Source: Squalus acanthias (Eukaryota). Taken from it: a DNA stretch of 64,000 bases. The notes under the pieces were generated by a model. It made no database searches and was not told the DNA's origin. It worked only from the letters and a program-made list of their open reading frames with translations. The stretch covers positions 73,842,001 through 73,906,000 of the forward strand of contig CM059436.1 in assembly GCA_030390025.1 (NCBI GenBank), in the 5' to 3' direction. Both the position numbers and the translations under genes were made by a program. This document shows positions 37,085 through 49,115 of the stretch, in pieces. The stretch's first letter is position 1. Every line of letters begins with the position of its first letter.

Positions 37085-37700
37085 AATGTATTTGTTCTCT
37101 GGATGTCGGCAAGGCCACATTTGTTGCCCTTCTCCAGTTGCTCTGAAGTTGGCAATGAGCCTGAACAGTTGCAATCCTTGTGCAGATGACGACAGTTAGG
37201 TAGTGAATGCCAAGATTTTTATCCAGCGATGATGAAGGAACTGCAATGTATGTCAGGATGGTGTGTGACTTGGAGATGATGGCGCTCCCATGACATTGCT
37301 GTTCTCAGCACTCTTGGTGGTAGAAGCAGCAGGGCTAGAACGTGTTGTCGAAGTAAGCTTGGTGAATTGCTGCAGTGCAACCTGTGGATAGTACACTTGG
37401 CAGCCACAACGTGCAGGTGGTGGATATTGAGTCCAGTGGCAAGGGCTCCAATCAAGAGGACTGCTCTATCCTGAATGGTCTTGAGGATTGTTGTGGCAGT
37501 ACCATCTAGGTGAGTTAGTATTGCTTTTTACTCCTAAATTGAGCCTTGAAGATGGTGGAGTGTTTTTGAGGGACCAGGTGAACTCTTTCTCACAGCGTAC
37601 CCAGCTTTCCTGTGTTATTGATGAGCTGGTCCAGTTAAATGTCTGGTCAGTGATGTTGATAGTGCAGTAACTCCGCATTGGTGATACTGTTTAAGGTCAG
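37085..37700 (-). mobile_element. Old Jockey-group LINE 3' fragment
   Basis: KCTIHRLHCSNSPSLLRQH, a diverged version of 27214-27870. Confidence 0.7.
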
Positions 37701-38245
37701 GCAGGTGGTTGAGCCTTTTCTTGCTTCTATTTTCTTTTGATCTTGTGTTGGAAAATTTTGTTTATCAACTATTAAGGTTTAATTATATCATAAGTAAGTT
37801 TTAAAAGAAAATTATGCTCGTCACAGCTTTTGTATTTCTGAAACTAGAAAACCTACAAAGGGAATCGAGGGATATGGGGATAGGGCTGGAAGGTGGAGTT
37901 GAGGTAGAAGATCAGCCATGGCCTTGAATGACCTATTCCTGCTGCTATTTCTTGTTATTTTCTAATGTAAATGCAGCAAAAGGAAACCAAAAAAGGCTAA
38001 ATTAAAAACTGGTACCATATATGCATAACCAAGTAATTTTGTTTCCCTTAATCCTACCAGCGTTTTTAAACTGTGGCAGTCACTAGTTTGTCCGAAAACC
38101 GCAATTATACAAAAATAACCCTCACAATACATGAAGTCTTGTTAATCAGTGACCAAAAGCTGGAAATCATCAATAAAAACAGAAAATGTTGGAAATATGC
38201 AGCAGGTAAGTCAGCATCTGAAAGAAAAAGATAGATTCAGTTCAA

Positions 38246-38940
38246 ACAACAAGCGAGAGTCTAACCACCGCCCCTTGACATTCAACGGCATTACCATTGC
38301 CGAATCCCCCACCATCAATATCCTGGGGGTCACCATTGACCAGAAACTTAACTGAACCAAATACTGTGGCAACAAGAGCAGGTCAGAGGCTAGGTGTTCT
38401 ACGGCGAGTGTCTCACCTTCTGACTCCCCAAAGCCTTTCCACCATCTACAAGGCACAAATCAGGAGTGTGATGGAATACTCTCCATTTGCCTGGATGAGT
38501 GCAGCTCCAACAACACTCAAGTAGCTCGACACCATCTAAGACAAAGCAGCCTGCTTGATTGGCACCCCATCCACCACCTTAAACATTCACTCCCTCCACC
38601 ACCGGCGTACTGTGGCTGCAGTGTGTACCATCTACAAGATCCACTGCAGCAACTCACCAAGGCTTCTTTGGCAGCACCTCCCAAACCTGCGACCTCTACC
38701 ACTAGGGCAGCAGGCGCATGGGAACACCACCACCTCCAAGTTCCCCTCCAAGTCACATACCATCCTGACTTGGAAGTATATCGCCGCTGGGTCAAATCCT
38801 GGAACTCCCTCCCCAACAGCACTGTGGGAATAGCTTCACCACATGGACTGCAGCGGTTCAAGAAGGCGGCTCACCACCACCTTCTCAAGGGCAGTTAGGG
38901 ATGCCCACATCTCATGAACGAATTAAAAAAATAAAAAAAA
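38246..38940 (+). mobile_element. Jockey-group LINE 3' fragment
   Basis: TIYKAQIRSVMEYSP, KSWNSLP, A-tail. Confidence 0.85.
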
Positions 38941-39524
38941 ATGTTCTGACCAACAATTCCAACAGAAGGGATCTCTTTCTCTGATGCTGACTTAGCACAG
39001 CTTTTCCAGATTTTACATTGGGCCAGAATTTGCTGTCAAAGTAATGGTGAGGCTAATGACGCTCGCCATTATTTATGCACAAATGCTACACCAACTTCAG
39101 GCGAGTGGCGTGGTTAAATATGGAAATCCTAAAGTTGCTGTCTGAGTTACAGCGCTCCACCGTTAGCTTCACGAAAGCGGCATCTGAGGAGGCATACACA
39201 CATCCGCCAACCTAGAAGGAGGTGGCAGCTGAGGAGGCAGCAGCAGAGAATAAAGAACGCGGGACCCGAGGACAGCGGACGTGGAAGGAGGCGCCATCTG
39301 AGGAAGCATACACAAATCCGCCGAATTCCAAAAGAACAGCAAAAGCAAGGAGTGACGTCACAGGACTGCAGGTAGGTGATTGGTGGGTGAGTATTAGCAT
39401 TTTATTCTCTCTATAATGTCACTAGATAAACTAATTAATATAACTATATAAATAATCGTGCAAATAAAGACTTTGTGAGAGAAGCGGCCGGAGATAAAGG
39501 TAGGCCTGACTTCTAAGACACTTA

Positions 39525-39885
39525 GAGGGAAAAATTGGGTTGGTTTGCGCCTCTTGTTAGGGGGCGTTAACAGGGCACAAATCTCCTAGCGCCCGGGCGC
39601 AGCGCCGTTAACACCGTCCGCGAAATTCGCCGGACGATACGTGCGACAGGATCAGGGGGGCGGATTTGCAGCAGCGGCGGCACAAGTTAAAGGGCAGGTG
39701 TCTGGCAGAGGAGGCCTGCAATAACACGACGCTACTGCACGTAGCGGCGCGAAATTCAGTAGTAGCGCCCCAAGCAGGAGGTGTTGCGCTTTCCAGTAGT
39801 GCTCCACCTCCTGCTTGGGGCGCTACTACTGAATTTACGGTGGAGGGGCGCAAACTTTTTCGGGGCGCCACCCAATTTTTCCCCC
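39525..39885. mobile_element. GC-rich PIF/Harbinger-like MITE
   Basis: TIRs GAGGGAAAAATTGGGT / ACCCAATTTTTCCCCC; TTA (or CTTAG) duplicated. Confidence 0.8.
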
Positions 39886-42800
39886 TTAGTCTTAAGTTTA
39901 TTTCTGTAAGCTAGTTAATAGCCTATTAAATAGAGACATGACAGGGCACTTCAGTCCTGCGGAATGCACATCTTGTGCCATGTGGGAAATCCAGGACGCT
40001 TCCCACGTCCTGGACAACCACGTGTGCAGGAAGTGTCGTCGGCTGGAGGAGCTCGAACTCCGGGTTCAGAGCTTGAGCAGCAGCTGGAGTCACTGCGGTG
40101 GATCAGTGAGGCTGAGAGCTACGTGGATAGCGCATTTCAGGAGATGGTCACCCCGCAGCGTAATAATGTGCAGGCAGAGAGGGAATGGGTGATAATCAGA
40201 CAGACAAGGAGGACCCAGGCAGGAAATGTGGGAGTCCCCTGAGTGCATCTCGCTCTCCAACCAGAATACTGGTGAGGGTGATGGTTCCTCTGTAGATTAC
40301 AGCTAGAGCCAAATCCTTGGCACCATGGGTGGCTCAGCTGTACGGGGGGGGAGGGAGGAGGAAGATTGTGAAGGCAATAGTGGTAGGGGATTTGATAGTT
40401 AGGGGAACAGACAGGCGTTTCTGTGGATGCAGACATGATTCCAGGATGGTATGTTGTCTCCCTGGTGCCAGGGTCAAAGATGTCACTGAGCGGCTGCAGA
40501 ATATTCTGAGGGTGGAGGGTGAACAGCCAGAGGTCGTGGTCCATATCGGTACCAAAAGAGAGATGAGGTCCTGCAGGCAGATTTTAGGGAGCTGGGAAAG
40601 AGATTAAAAAGCAGGACCTCAAAGGTAGGAATCTCTGGATTACTCCCGGTGCCACGTGCGAGTGAGTATAGAAATAGGAGGATAGAGCAGATGAATGTGT
40701 GGCTGGAGAGATGGTGCAGGAGGGAGGGTGTCAGATTCCTGGGGAATTAGGGTCGGTTCTGGGGAGGTGGGACCTGTACAGGCCGGAGGGGTTGCACCTT
40801 AACAGAGCCGGAACCAATATCCTCGCAGGGAGGTTTGCTAATGTTGTTGGGGAGGGTTTAAACTAAGTTGGCAGGGGGATGGGCACCAGGATGTAACATT
40901 AGAAAGGAGAAACAAAGGGCACAAAGAATTGGGAGAGACGGATAGCACTAAAGTAATAAATTGTAAGGTATTAGGTGGGGGTCAGACTAAGAGAGAATAC
41001 AGGATGGTCTAAGATAGGTTTACAGTGTATGTATGTGAACGCACGAAGCATAGTAAACAAGGTTGGTGAGCTGCAGGTGCAAATAGACACATGAGAATAT
41101 GATATTGTGGCAATAAATGAGACCTGGCTCAAAAAAGGGCAGGATTGGGTATTAAATATTGCAGGATATAAGGTGTTCAGGAAAGATAGGAGGTGGTGTG
41201 TCAGTATTAGTTAAGGATAATGTTACAATGCTGGAGTGAGAGGATGTCCTGGAGGGGTCAAAGACAGAATCTATATGGCTAGAGTTAAGAAATAATAGAG
41301 GTGCCATTACACTACTAGGTGTATTCTATAGGCCACCAACTAGTGGGGAAAATATGGAGGAGCAAATTTGCAGAGAAATTAGAGTGATGCAAGAGCTATA
41401 GAGTAGTGATAATGGGGAACTTCAACTATCCTAATATAGACTGGGATAGCAATAGTGTAAAGGGCAGAGAGGGAGAAGAATTTCTGAAGTGTGTTCAGGA
41501 GAACTTTCTGGATCAGAATGTTTCTGGCCCAGTGAGGAAGGAGGCATTGCTGGATCTGGTTTTGGGGAATGAGGTTGAGCAAGTGTCAGTAGGTGAACAT
41601 TTAGGCAACAGTGATCTTAGTATCATAAGGTTTAGATTAGCTATGGAAAAGGACAAGGAGCAATCTAGAGTAAAAATACTTAATTGGAGGAAGGTCAATT
41701 TCAGTGGGATGAGAGCAGATCTGGCCTGGTAAATTGGAATCAAAGACTGGCAGGCAAAACTGTAGTGGAACAATGGGCTGTCTTTAAAGAGGAAATAGTT
41801 TGGGTACATTTCCACTCGGGGGAAAGGCAGGACAACTAAAGTCAGCGCTCCCTGGACGACGAAAGAGATAGAAAGTAAGATGAAGCAGAAAAAGAGCGCG
41901 TATGACAGATGTCAGGTCGAGAATACATCTGACAATCAGGCTAAATATAGACAAGTCAGAGGGGAAGTGAAAAAGAAAATAAGAGGGGCAAAGAGAGGGT
42001 ATGAGAATAGAATGGCAGTTAACATAAAAGGTAATCCAAAAGTCTTCTATAGGTATATAAATAGTAAATGGGTAGTAAGTGGAGGGGTGGGGCCGATTCG
42101 GGACCAAAAAGGAGACCTACACATGGAGGCAGAGGGTATGGCTGAGGTGCTAAATGAGTACTTTGCATCTGTCTTCACCAAGGAAGAAGATGCTGCCATA
42201 GACATAGTGAAGGAGGAGGTAGAGGAGATACTATATGGGATAAAAGTTGATAAAGAGGAGGTACTCGAAAGACTGGCTGTACTTAAAGTAAAGAAGTCAC
42301 CAGGACCAGATGGGATGCATCTTAAGATGCTGAGGGAAGTGAAGGAAGAAATCGCGGAGGTATTGGCCATAATCTTCCAATCCTCCTTCGAAACTGGGGT
42401 GGTGCCAGAGGATTGGAGAATTACAAATGTTACACCCTTGTTCAAAAAAGGATGTAAAGATAAACCCAGCAACTACAGGCCAGTCAGTTTAACCTCGGTA
42501 GTGGGGAAGCTTTTAGAAACAATAATCAGGGACTAAATTAACAGTCACTTGGACAAGTGTGACTTAATTAAGGAAAGCCAGCACGGATTTGTTAAAGGGA
42601 AATCGTGTTTAACTAACTTGATTGAGTTCTTTGATGAGGTAACAGAGAGGGTTGATGAGGACAATGCGGTTGATGTGGTGTACATGGATTTGCAAAAGGC
42701 ATTTGACAAGGTGCCACATGATAGGCTTGCCAGCAAAGTCCATGGAATAGTGCCAGCATGGATATGGAATTGGCTCAGTGATAGGAAACAGAGAGTAGTG

Positions 42801-42910
42801 GTGAACGGTTGTTTTTCAGACTGGAGGAAGGTATACAGTGGTGTTCCCCAGGGGTCGGTTCTAGGACCACTGCTTTTCTTGATATATATTAATGACTTGG
42901 ATGTGGGTGT

Positions 42911-43268
42911 ACAACAACAACAACTTGTATTTATATAGTGCCTTTAACGTAGTAAAACGTACCAAGGCGCTGCACAGGAGTATTTTAAGATCAAAAATTT
43001 GACACCAAGCCACATAAGGATAAATTAGGGCAGGTGAGGAAAAGCTTGGTCAAAGAAGTAGGTTTTAAGGAGCGTCTTAAAGGAGGAAAGAGGTAGCGAG
43101 GTGGAGAGATTTAGGCAGGGAATTCCAGAGCTTAGGGCTTAGGCAACAGAAGGCGCGGCCACCAAAGGTTGAGCGATTATAATCAGGGATGCTCAAGAGG
43201 GCAGAATTAGAGGAGCGCAGATATCTCGGTGGGGGGGTTGTGGGGCTGAAGGTGATTACAGAGATAGG
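42911..43268 (-). mobile_element. L2 LINE 3' fragment inserted in the CR1
   Basis: (CAA)n tail; splits the CR1 sequence GGTGTACA|GGGCACAATTTC. Confidence 0.85.
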
Positions 43269-43553
43269 GCACAATTTCAAAATGTACAGATGACAACTTG
43301 GAAGTATAGTGAACAGTGAGAACGATAGACTTCAAGAGGACATAGACAGGCTGGTGGAATGGGCGGACACGTGGCAGATGAAATTTAACGCAAAAAAGTG
43401 CAAAATGTTACATTTTGGCAGAAAGAATGAGGAGAGGAAATATAAACTAAAGGGTACAATCCTAAAGGGGGTGCATGAACAGAGAGACCTAGGTTTTGAA
43501 CAGAGAGACCTAAGTTTTATTTGTTGGAGATTTAAAAAATGGAAAAATTTAAT

Positions 43554-44276
43554 GCCCCAAAAATTCGTGAGGAAGCCTTCGTGCGAGGGTAAGGCCTCCC
43601 CGCGATCTCTCACTGCGCGTTGGCTTTTTCAGTTCCAGCTCGCACGAACTTGATGTTCTGGACAGCTGCTGTGCTGGGCTTGCGTATCCCACCGGCGTAG
43701 TTAATTCGTGCGAGCTGTGGGATCACGTGACTCAGTTAGAGCCAATGGCAGCACACCATCTTCCATTCATAACTTTCACATAAGTGCTGTGAAAGCTATG
43801 AATACTATAGCCCCCCAAAAGAACCGCTAAACCTCAATTAAATTAAAATAAAACCATCACATTAATAAAATAAGTATAGTTAAATAAATTAACCATTTTA
43901 AATAAAAAATTAAATTTTTGAAAAAATTTAAAATCTTTTAAAAAGTTATAAAAATAAACTTACCTGTCTTTAAAGTCTCTAAAAAAGATATACCTGTTAA
44001 AAATTCAAAATAATACTTAATTCACTACTTACCTTGTTAAAAGTGGGTCTTACTCCTTTCTTTATGTGTAGAATCTTCCGTACTTACCTGCGCGTTGAAA
44101 CCACTAAGTGCAGCCTGTAGCGCGCACGCGGTTCACCTAGGACCCGCCCCCTTTTCCATTCACCAAGTGCCGGTTTTCAGCGCATGCGCAGTGCATGCAG
44201 AAAACCGGCAATTGGAGACAGAATACGTGAGAGTACGCAGTGCGTACTCTCGCGTAGCGGCACTAATTTTTGGGCC
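43554..44276 (+). mobile_element. PIF/Harbinger-like MITE, diverged relative of the 47001/47981 family
   Basis: TIRs GCCCCAAAAATT / AATTTTTGGGCC; AAT duplicated; same internal layout. Confidence 0.75.
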
Positions 44277-46019
44277 AATATTTATTTTACTTTTATTTCT
44301 GTCTCTTATCTCTCTCTCTTAATCCAATCTCTTGTTCCCTCCTTATTTCTCTTTCTGTACATGATTTGACATTGAATTTACCCACTCTAATTAATACTTC
44401 CTTCTCAGTCCTTGCGCTGTTTACTTCACAATCCTGCAATCTGATTGATTAAGGAGATACAGTTACTTGCCCTGTTCACTCAGGCCCCAGATGCCCTGTT
44501 TCCTTCTCTGCGCCGTTATCAGCTCGCACTTTCAGCAACTTGACACACACAAAATTAAAAACCTAAACGTTCAAGGGCAAGTCTAACTAAAGGCAGACAC
44601 CGTTGGATGCTATGCCACCGAAAATTACGGCTCATTAGCTACTAAGTTGCATCATCACTGAAATAATATAACTGGCTTTCAAGATTAAAGGGATTGACAT
44701 TGAATGGCTTTAGCAAAGGACCGGGAGCAGGCCATGCGCCCTTTTTAGCCAAGGAATATTAGAACTGAAATTACAAGGCGTTGTCAGTGGCACAGAGCCT
44801 ATGGTGCGGTGACGGAAGTGGGGGATGGTCAAGAGGCCAGAGTTGGAGGAACGCAGAGTTCTTGGAGCATTGTAGGACTGGAGGAGGTTACAGAGATAGG
44901 GAGGAGCAACAGCTGAATGCTGGTAAACAAGAGATGAAAAACAACATTGTGGAGGACTTAGTTTCAAGCAAACAAAGTAAAAGGAGAAAGTATAACCTTC
45001 CGTCATCAGAAGTCCATAATTAGTATCCTGGCAATTTGTTATTTTCTACCAGTTACCATACCAATAACAGATATTGTGGTGCAGCTGTACAAGAGCAGTG
45101 ATTGAATTGCTATATTATGTTCTGTGTTGCAAGCTGAGGTGTGATGTGATCTAGTTCCAAAATGTAGGAGATTAATCCTTGTTTATTTTAAACTTCATTT
45201 TGAATTTTTTTGCATAATGGCATCAAAAGGTCAACAACAAAAAGAGTTGCCAGTGATAGTTATGGTGTGGGTTATGTAGAGTGGGTGAGTATTTATCATT
45301 TATAAAGTCTGTAGAGTATTGTTGCCATGTCAAATGTGAAGCAATGGTTACTGGGTTTCATAGCCCTGTGATAGCATTAGCAATAGAGGCTTCTGCTACC
45401 AAGAGCTGAAATGTAGCCAATGCAAGAAAAAGGGGCTTACTTAGAATCATAGAATGCTACAGCACAGAAGGAGGCCATTCGGCCCATCGTGTCTGTGCTG
45501 GCTCTTTGGCAGATCTACCAATTAAACCCATAGCCCTATTTAAAAAAAAAAAAAAAAAAATTCCTTTCAAATATTTATCCAATTCTCCTTTGAATGTTAC
45601 TACTGTATCTGCTTCCACCACCCTTTCGGGCAGTGTATTCCATTATCACAACAACTCGCTGTATTTAGAACAAAATTGTTTCCTCATGTTGCCTCAGCTC
45701 CGTTGCAAATCATCTTTTATTAATAAAACGAGAGGAACAAAAGCAGAGCCTACAAACCCAGGTTGAAGGGTTTGATTCTAGGACTTGCATTAAAAAATTA
45801 AAACAGGCATCTGCAATATAGTGCCACAGAGTGAACCAAGTTCTGAATAGGTTTGAGGGTGGAGGAGAAGGGGAAGAAAAGGAGACAAGCAATTGTAAAA
45901 TGGTCTACTCGGACTACTCTTGCTTCCTTCTTTACAAGACTGGCAGTAGCCTACTTTGTTTTGTTTTTTTTCCTCTATCAATAAGTGCTACATTTGAAAC
46001 TCTCTTTGTAATCGTTTGT

Positions 46020-46345
46020 AGTCTTTCGGATGAGACGTTAAACCGAGGCCCCATTTGTTCTCTTAAGGTGGATGTAAAAGATCCCATGACACTATTTCGA
46101 GGAAGAGCAGGGGAGTTCTCCCAAGTGTTCTGGCCAATATTTATCTCTCAATCAACATCACTAAAAATCAGATTATCTGGTCATTATCACATTGCTGTTT
46201 GTGGGAGCTTGCTGTGTGCAAATTGGCTGCCACGTTTCCTACATTATAACAGTGACTACACTTCAAAAAGTACTTCTTTGGCTGTAAAGCGCTTTGTGCC
46301 GTCCAGAGGTCGTGAAAGGCGCTATATAAATGAAAGTCTTTCTTT
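46020..46345 (+). mobile_element. Deu-domain SINE, 5'-truncated
   Basis: High similarity to 4080-4385. Confidence 0.8.
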
Positions 46346-46509
46346 CGTTTCAAATCTTTCCTGAGAGCTGTGATTACTATTTTTTCAATCCAATTTAATG
46401 TAAATATATTTACATTTAAAGGGCTCCTGTGTGAATGTGATAAGATATGGGACAAGGGGATTCCGTGCAGCTGGTCCAACCTGCAGCATTAGTGTGTGTT
46501 TTTTTATAT

Positions 46510-46725
46510 TTCGACAAGGCCAGCATTTATTGCCCATCCCTAATTGCTCTTGAGATGGCCATTTCAGAGGGCAGTTAAGAGTCAACCACATTGCTGTGGG
46601 TCTGGAGTCACATATAGGCCAGACCAGGTAAGGACGCCAGATTTCCTTCCCTAAAGGACATTAGTGAACCAGATGGGTTTTTACGACAATCCGATAGTTT
46701 CATGATCAGCATTACTGATACTAGC
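46510..46725 (-). mobile_element. SINE or non-autonomous partner of the Jockey-group LINE
   Basis: Joins sequence matching the LINE 5' region (30111-30153) to the LINE 3' tail (34737-34773). Confidence 0.7.
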
Positions 46726-47000
46726 TGGTTTTGTGTGCTGTTGCTGCTATGCACCATAACAATTGGGTAGCGGGACACTAGCGTTGGAGAGCCCAGAACA
46801 GCTAGGAGAGTCTGCCGAGGCTACAAGTACATGAGTACGCTCTCTGAGTGAGCTAAAGTACCAACCATTGCATTGGCATGCATATAAGATGATGCACTAC
46901 TTCATGCTCCCTAACAGTGACCTAAATTTATCTTCAGACACAAGTACATATTTGGTATAGAAAAATAAGCATGTATTAGTTTCTCTGTACAAAAAATAAA

Positions 47001-47745
47001 GGGCCAGAAATTTGGCTCTCCGGCTTCCCGCAGGCGCAAGAATCGCGCGCGTACTTACATACCGCGCCTGCCGTTGTGCTTTGGGCCCACGAGGAATTCG
47101 GCTCCTGGGCCTCCTGCAGCTGCCGGCGCGCAGTGCTTGCGTATCCCAGGGGCGCAGTTAGTTCGAAGCGTCCCCTGGGATCACATGGGCCATGGAGAGC
47201 CAATCGGAGCAGGGAATCTTCATTCATAGATTTGACAGGAAGACCTATCAAATCTATGAATAGAGATCGGCCCCAAAACCTCACTAAAACTTAAAATAAA
47301 TTTTTTTAAATCACATTTTTAAAATAACTATAAGTTACATAAATTAACTACTTTAAACAAAAATTTAAATTTTTGAAAAAATTAATTACACTTTTTAACG
47401 GTGCTAAAAATAAACTTACCTTTAAAGTATGTAAAAAAGATAAACCTGTTGAAAAAATGTTTAAATTGTACTTAATTCACCACTTACCTTGTTAAAAGCA
47501 GGCCTTGCGCCTCCTTTTTCCCCGCGCAGCTTCTCCGTACTTACCCTCACGGCGAAACCTGAAAAAAAAACGAGGTTCGAGGTCTACGTGCTGCCTCTCC
47601 GGCGCACGCGTTCGACCTCTGAACCCCTTCCTTCAGGGGAACGGAAGTTCCAGTTTCCAGCGCATGCGCGAAACCGGCACTTTCGTTGGGTCTACGGGTG
47701 AGTACACAGCGCGTACTCACCCGTGGAGACCCGAATTTCTGGCCC
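47001..47745 (+). mobile_element. PIF/Harbinger-like MITE, copy 1
   Basis: Perfect 12-bp TIR GGGCCAGAAATT / AATTTCTGGCCC; GC-rich ends, AT-rich centre. Confidence 0.85.
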
Positions 47746-47980
47746 AATATGTTGAGAATGTGTTAGTTTTACCTTTGTGTTTTAAAACTCCACCTCTTAT
47801 GAATTCTAAAACACTTTCATGCCTATACTGGTTACGGTTCTTGGTTTGATATTGTATAATTGTTTAAGAATTTCCAAGTTTCATGTAAGGTCACATGAAC
47901 CACACACTGAATACTGTGTATATGGACTATTCACTGATGTATTAATCAGGTTCGGGGGTGGGAAGGTGGGGAAACATACT

Positions 47981-48720
47981 GGCCCTGAAATTCCGTTCCC
48001 TACAGGTGAGTACGCGCTGTGTACTCACCCGTAGGGCCAATGGAAGTGCCGGTTTTGCGCATGCGCTGGAAACCGGAACTTCCGTTCTCTTGAAGGAAGG
48101 GGTTCACAGGTCAACTGCGTGTGCCGGAGAGGCAGCGCGTACGTAGCAAACTTCCGTTTTTTTCTCAGTTGATGCAGTGCGGGTAAGTCCCTAGCAGTTG
48201 CGCTTGGAAAAAGCAGGCGCATGGCCTGCTTTTAACAAGGTAAGAGGTGAAGAAAGTAAAAGTAAAACATTTTTTCCACAGGTTTATCATTTTAAAATAC
48301 TTTAAAGGAAGGTAAGTTTATTTTTAGCCCCGTTTAAAACTTTAATAATTTTTGAATTTTTGTTTAAAGTAGTTAATTTATGTAATTTATAGTTATTTTA
48401 AAAATGTGATTTAAAAAAAAAATTATTTGAAGTTTTACTTAGGTTTTGGGGCTGATCTCTATTCATAGATTTGACAGGTCTTCCTGTCAAATCTATGAAT
48501 GGAGATTCCCTGCTCCGATTGGCTCCCCATGGCCCACGTGATCCCAGGGACGCTGCGAACTAGCTGCGCCCCTGGGATACGCAAGCCCTGCGCACCGGCA
48601 GCTGGAGCAGGTACAGGAATGCAAGTCTGCGCGGGCCCAGAGCATAACGGTCGGCGCGCTTCTTAAGTGCAGGTCGGGGGCTTGCGCCTGCGGGAAGCCT
48701 CCGACCGGAATTTCTGGGCC
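47981..48720 (-). mobile_element. PIF/Harbinger-like MITE, copy 2 (inverted)
   Basis: TIR GGCCCTGAAATTCC / GGAATTTCTGGGCC; reverse complement aligns along copy 1. Confidence 0.85.
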
Positions 48721-48998
48721 AGTAGGGCTTGAAACCAAACTTTGTGCTGCTGCCTCCTACAGTCACCCTGACTTGAGTCTTGAACTTTAATAACTGTTTT
48801 GCAGTTTTGATTAAAGCTATTTGTTGCATGACTGCTCAGTTATTTTTGCAGTTGACATAAAGGGTTAACTACCTTGTAGTTTAGAAGGAATTAAGCTACC
48901 TAGACGAGTAAGTACATTTAGCTAGCCTTTATTCTAGAGGCTAAATAGTGTATCTATCTATCCCTGTCGTATGTAAAATATGTTTCTTTTTCTTGCAG

Positions 48999-49115
48999 GT
49001 TTTCAAGGATCTTGGCACTGATGTCCTTAAAGCTGCCTTTGAAGGCTACAATGCGTGCATATTTGCTTATGGCCAGACTGGATCTGGCAAATCATATACA
49101 ATGATGGGAAACCCG
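48999..49115 (+). CDS. KIF16B: KIF16B coding exon 4 (P-loop)
   Basis: ttgcag acceptor; [39 protein letters not shown]; donor GTAAGA; 117 nt. Confidence 0.97.

Larger units (their letters stand above)
39186..43510 (+). mobile_element. Near full-length CR1 LINE (ORF1 zinc finger plus SGNH esterase; ORF2 APE-RT), degenerate and 3'-truncated
   Basis: [69 protein letters not shown]; stops and frameshifts throughout. Confidence 0.9.
39020..44633 (+). mobile_element. PIF/Harbinger-like MITE interrupted by a CR1 and another MITE
   Basis: Termini GGGCCAGAATTT and AAATTACGGCTC with ATT on both flanks; the pieces are collinear with the 2446-2900 copy. Confidence 0.55.
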
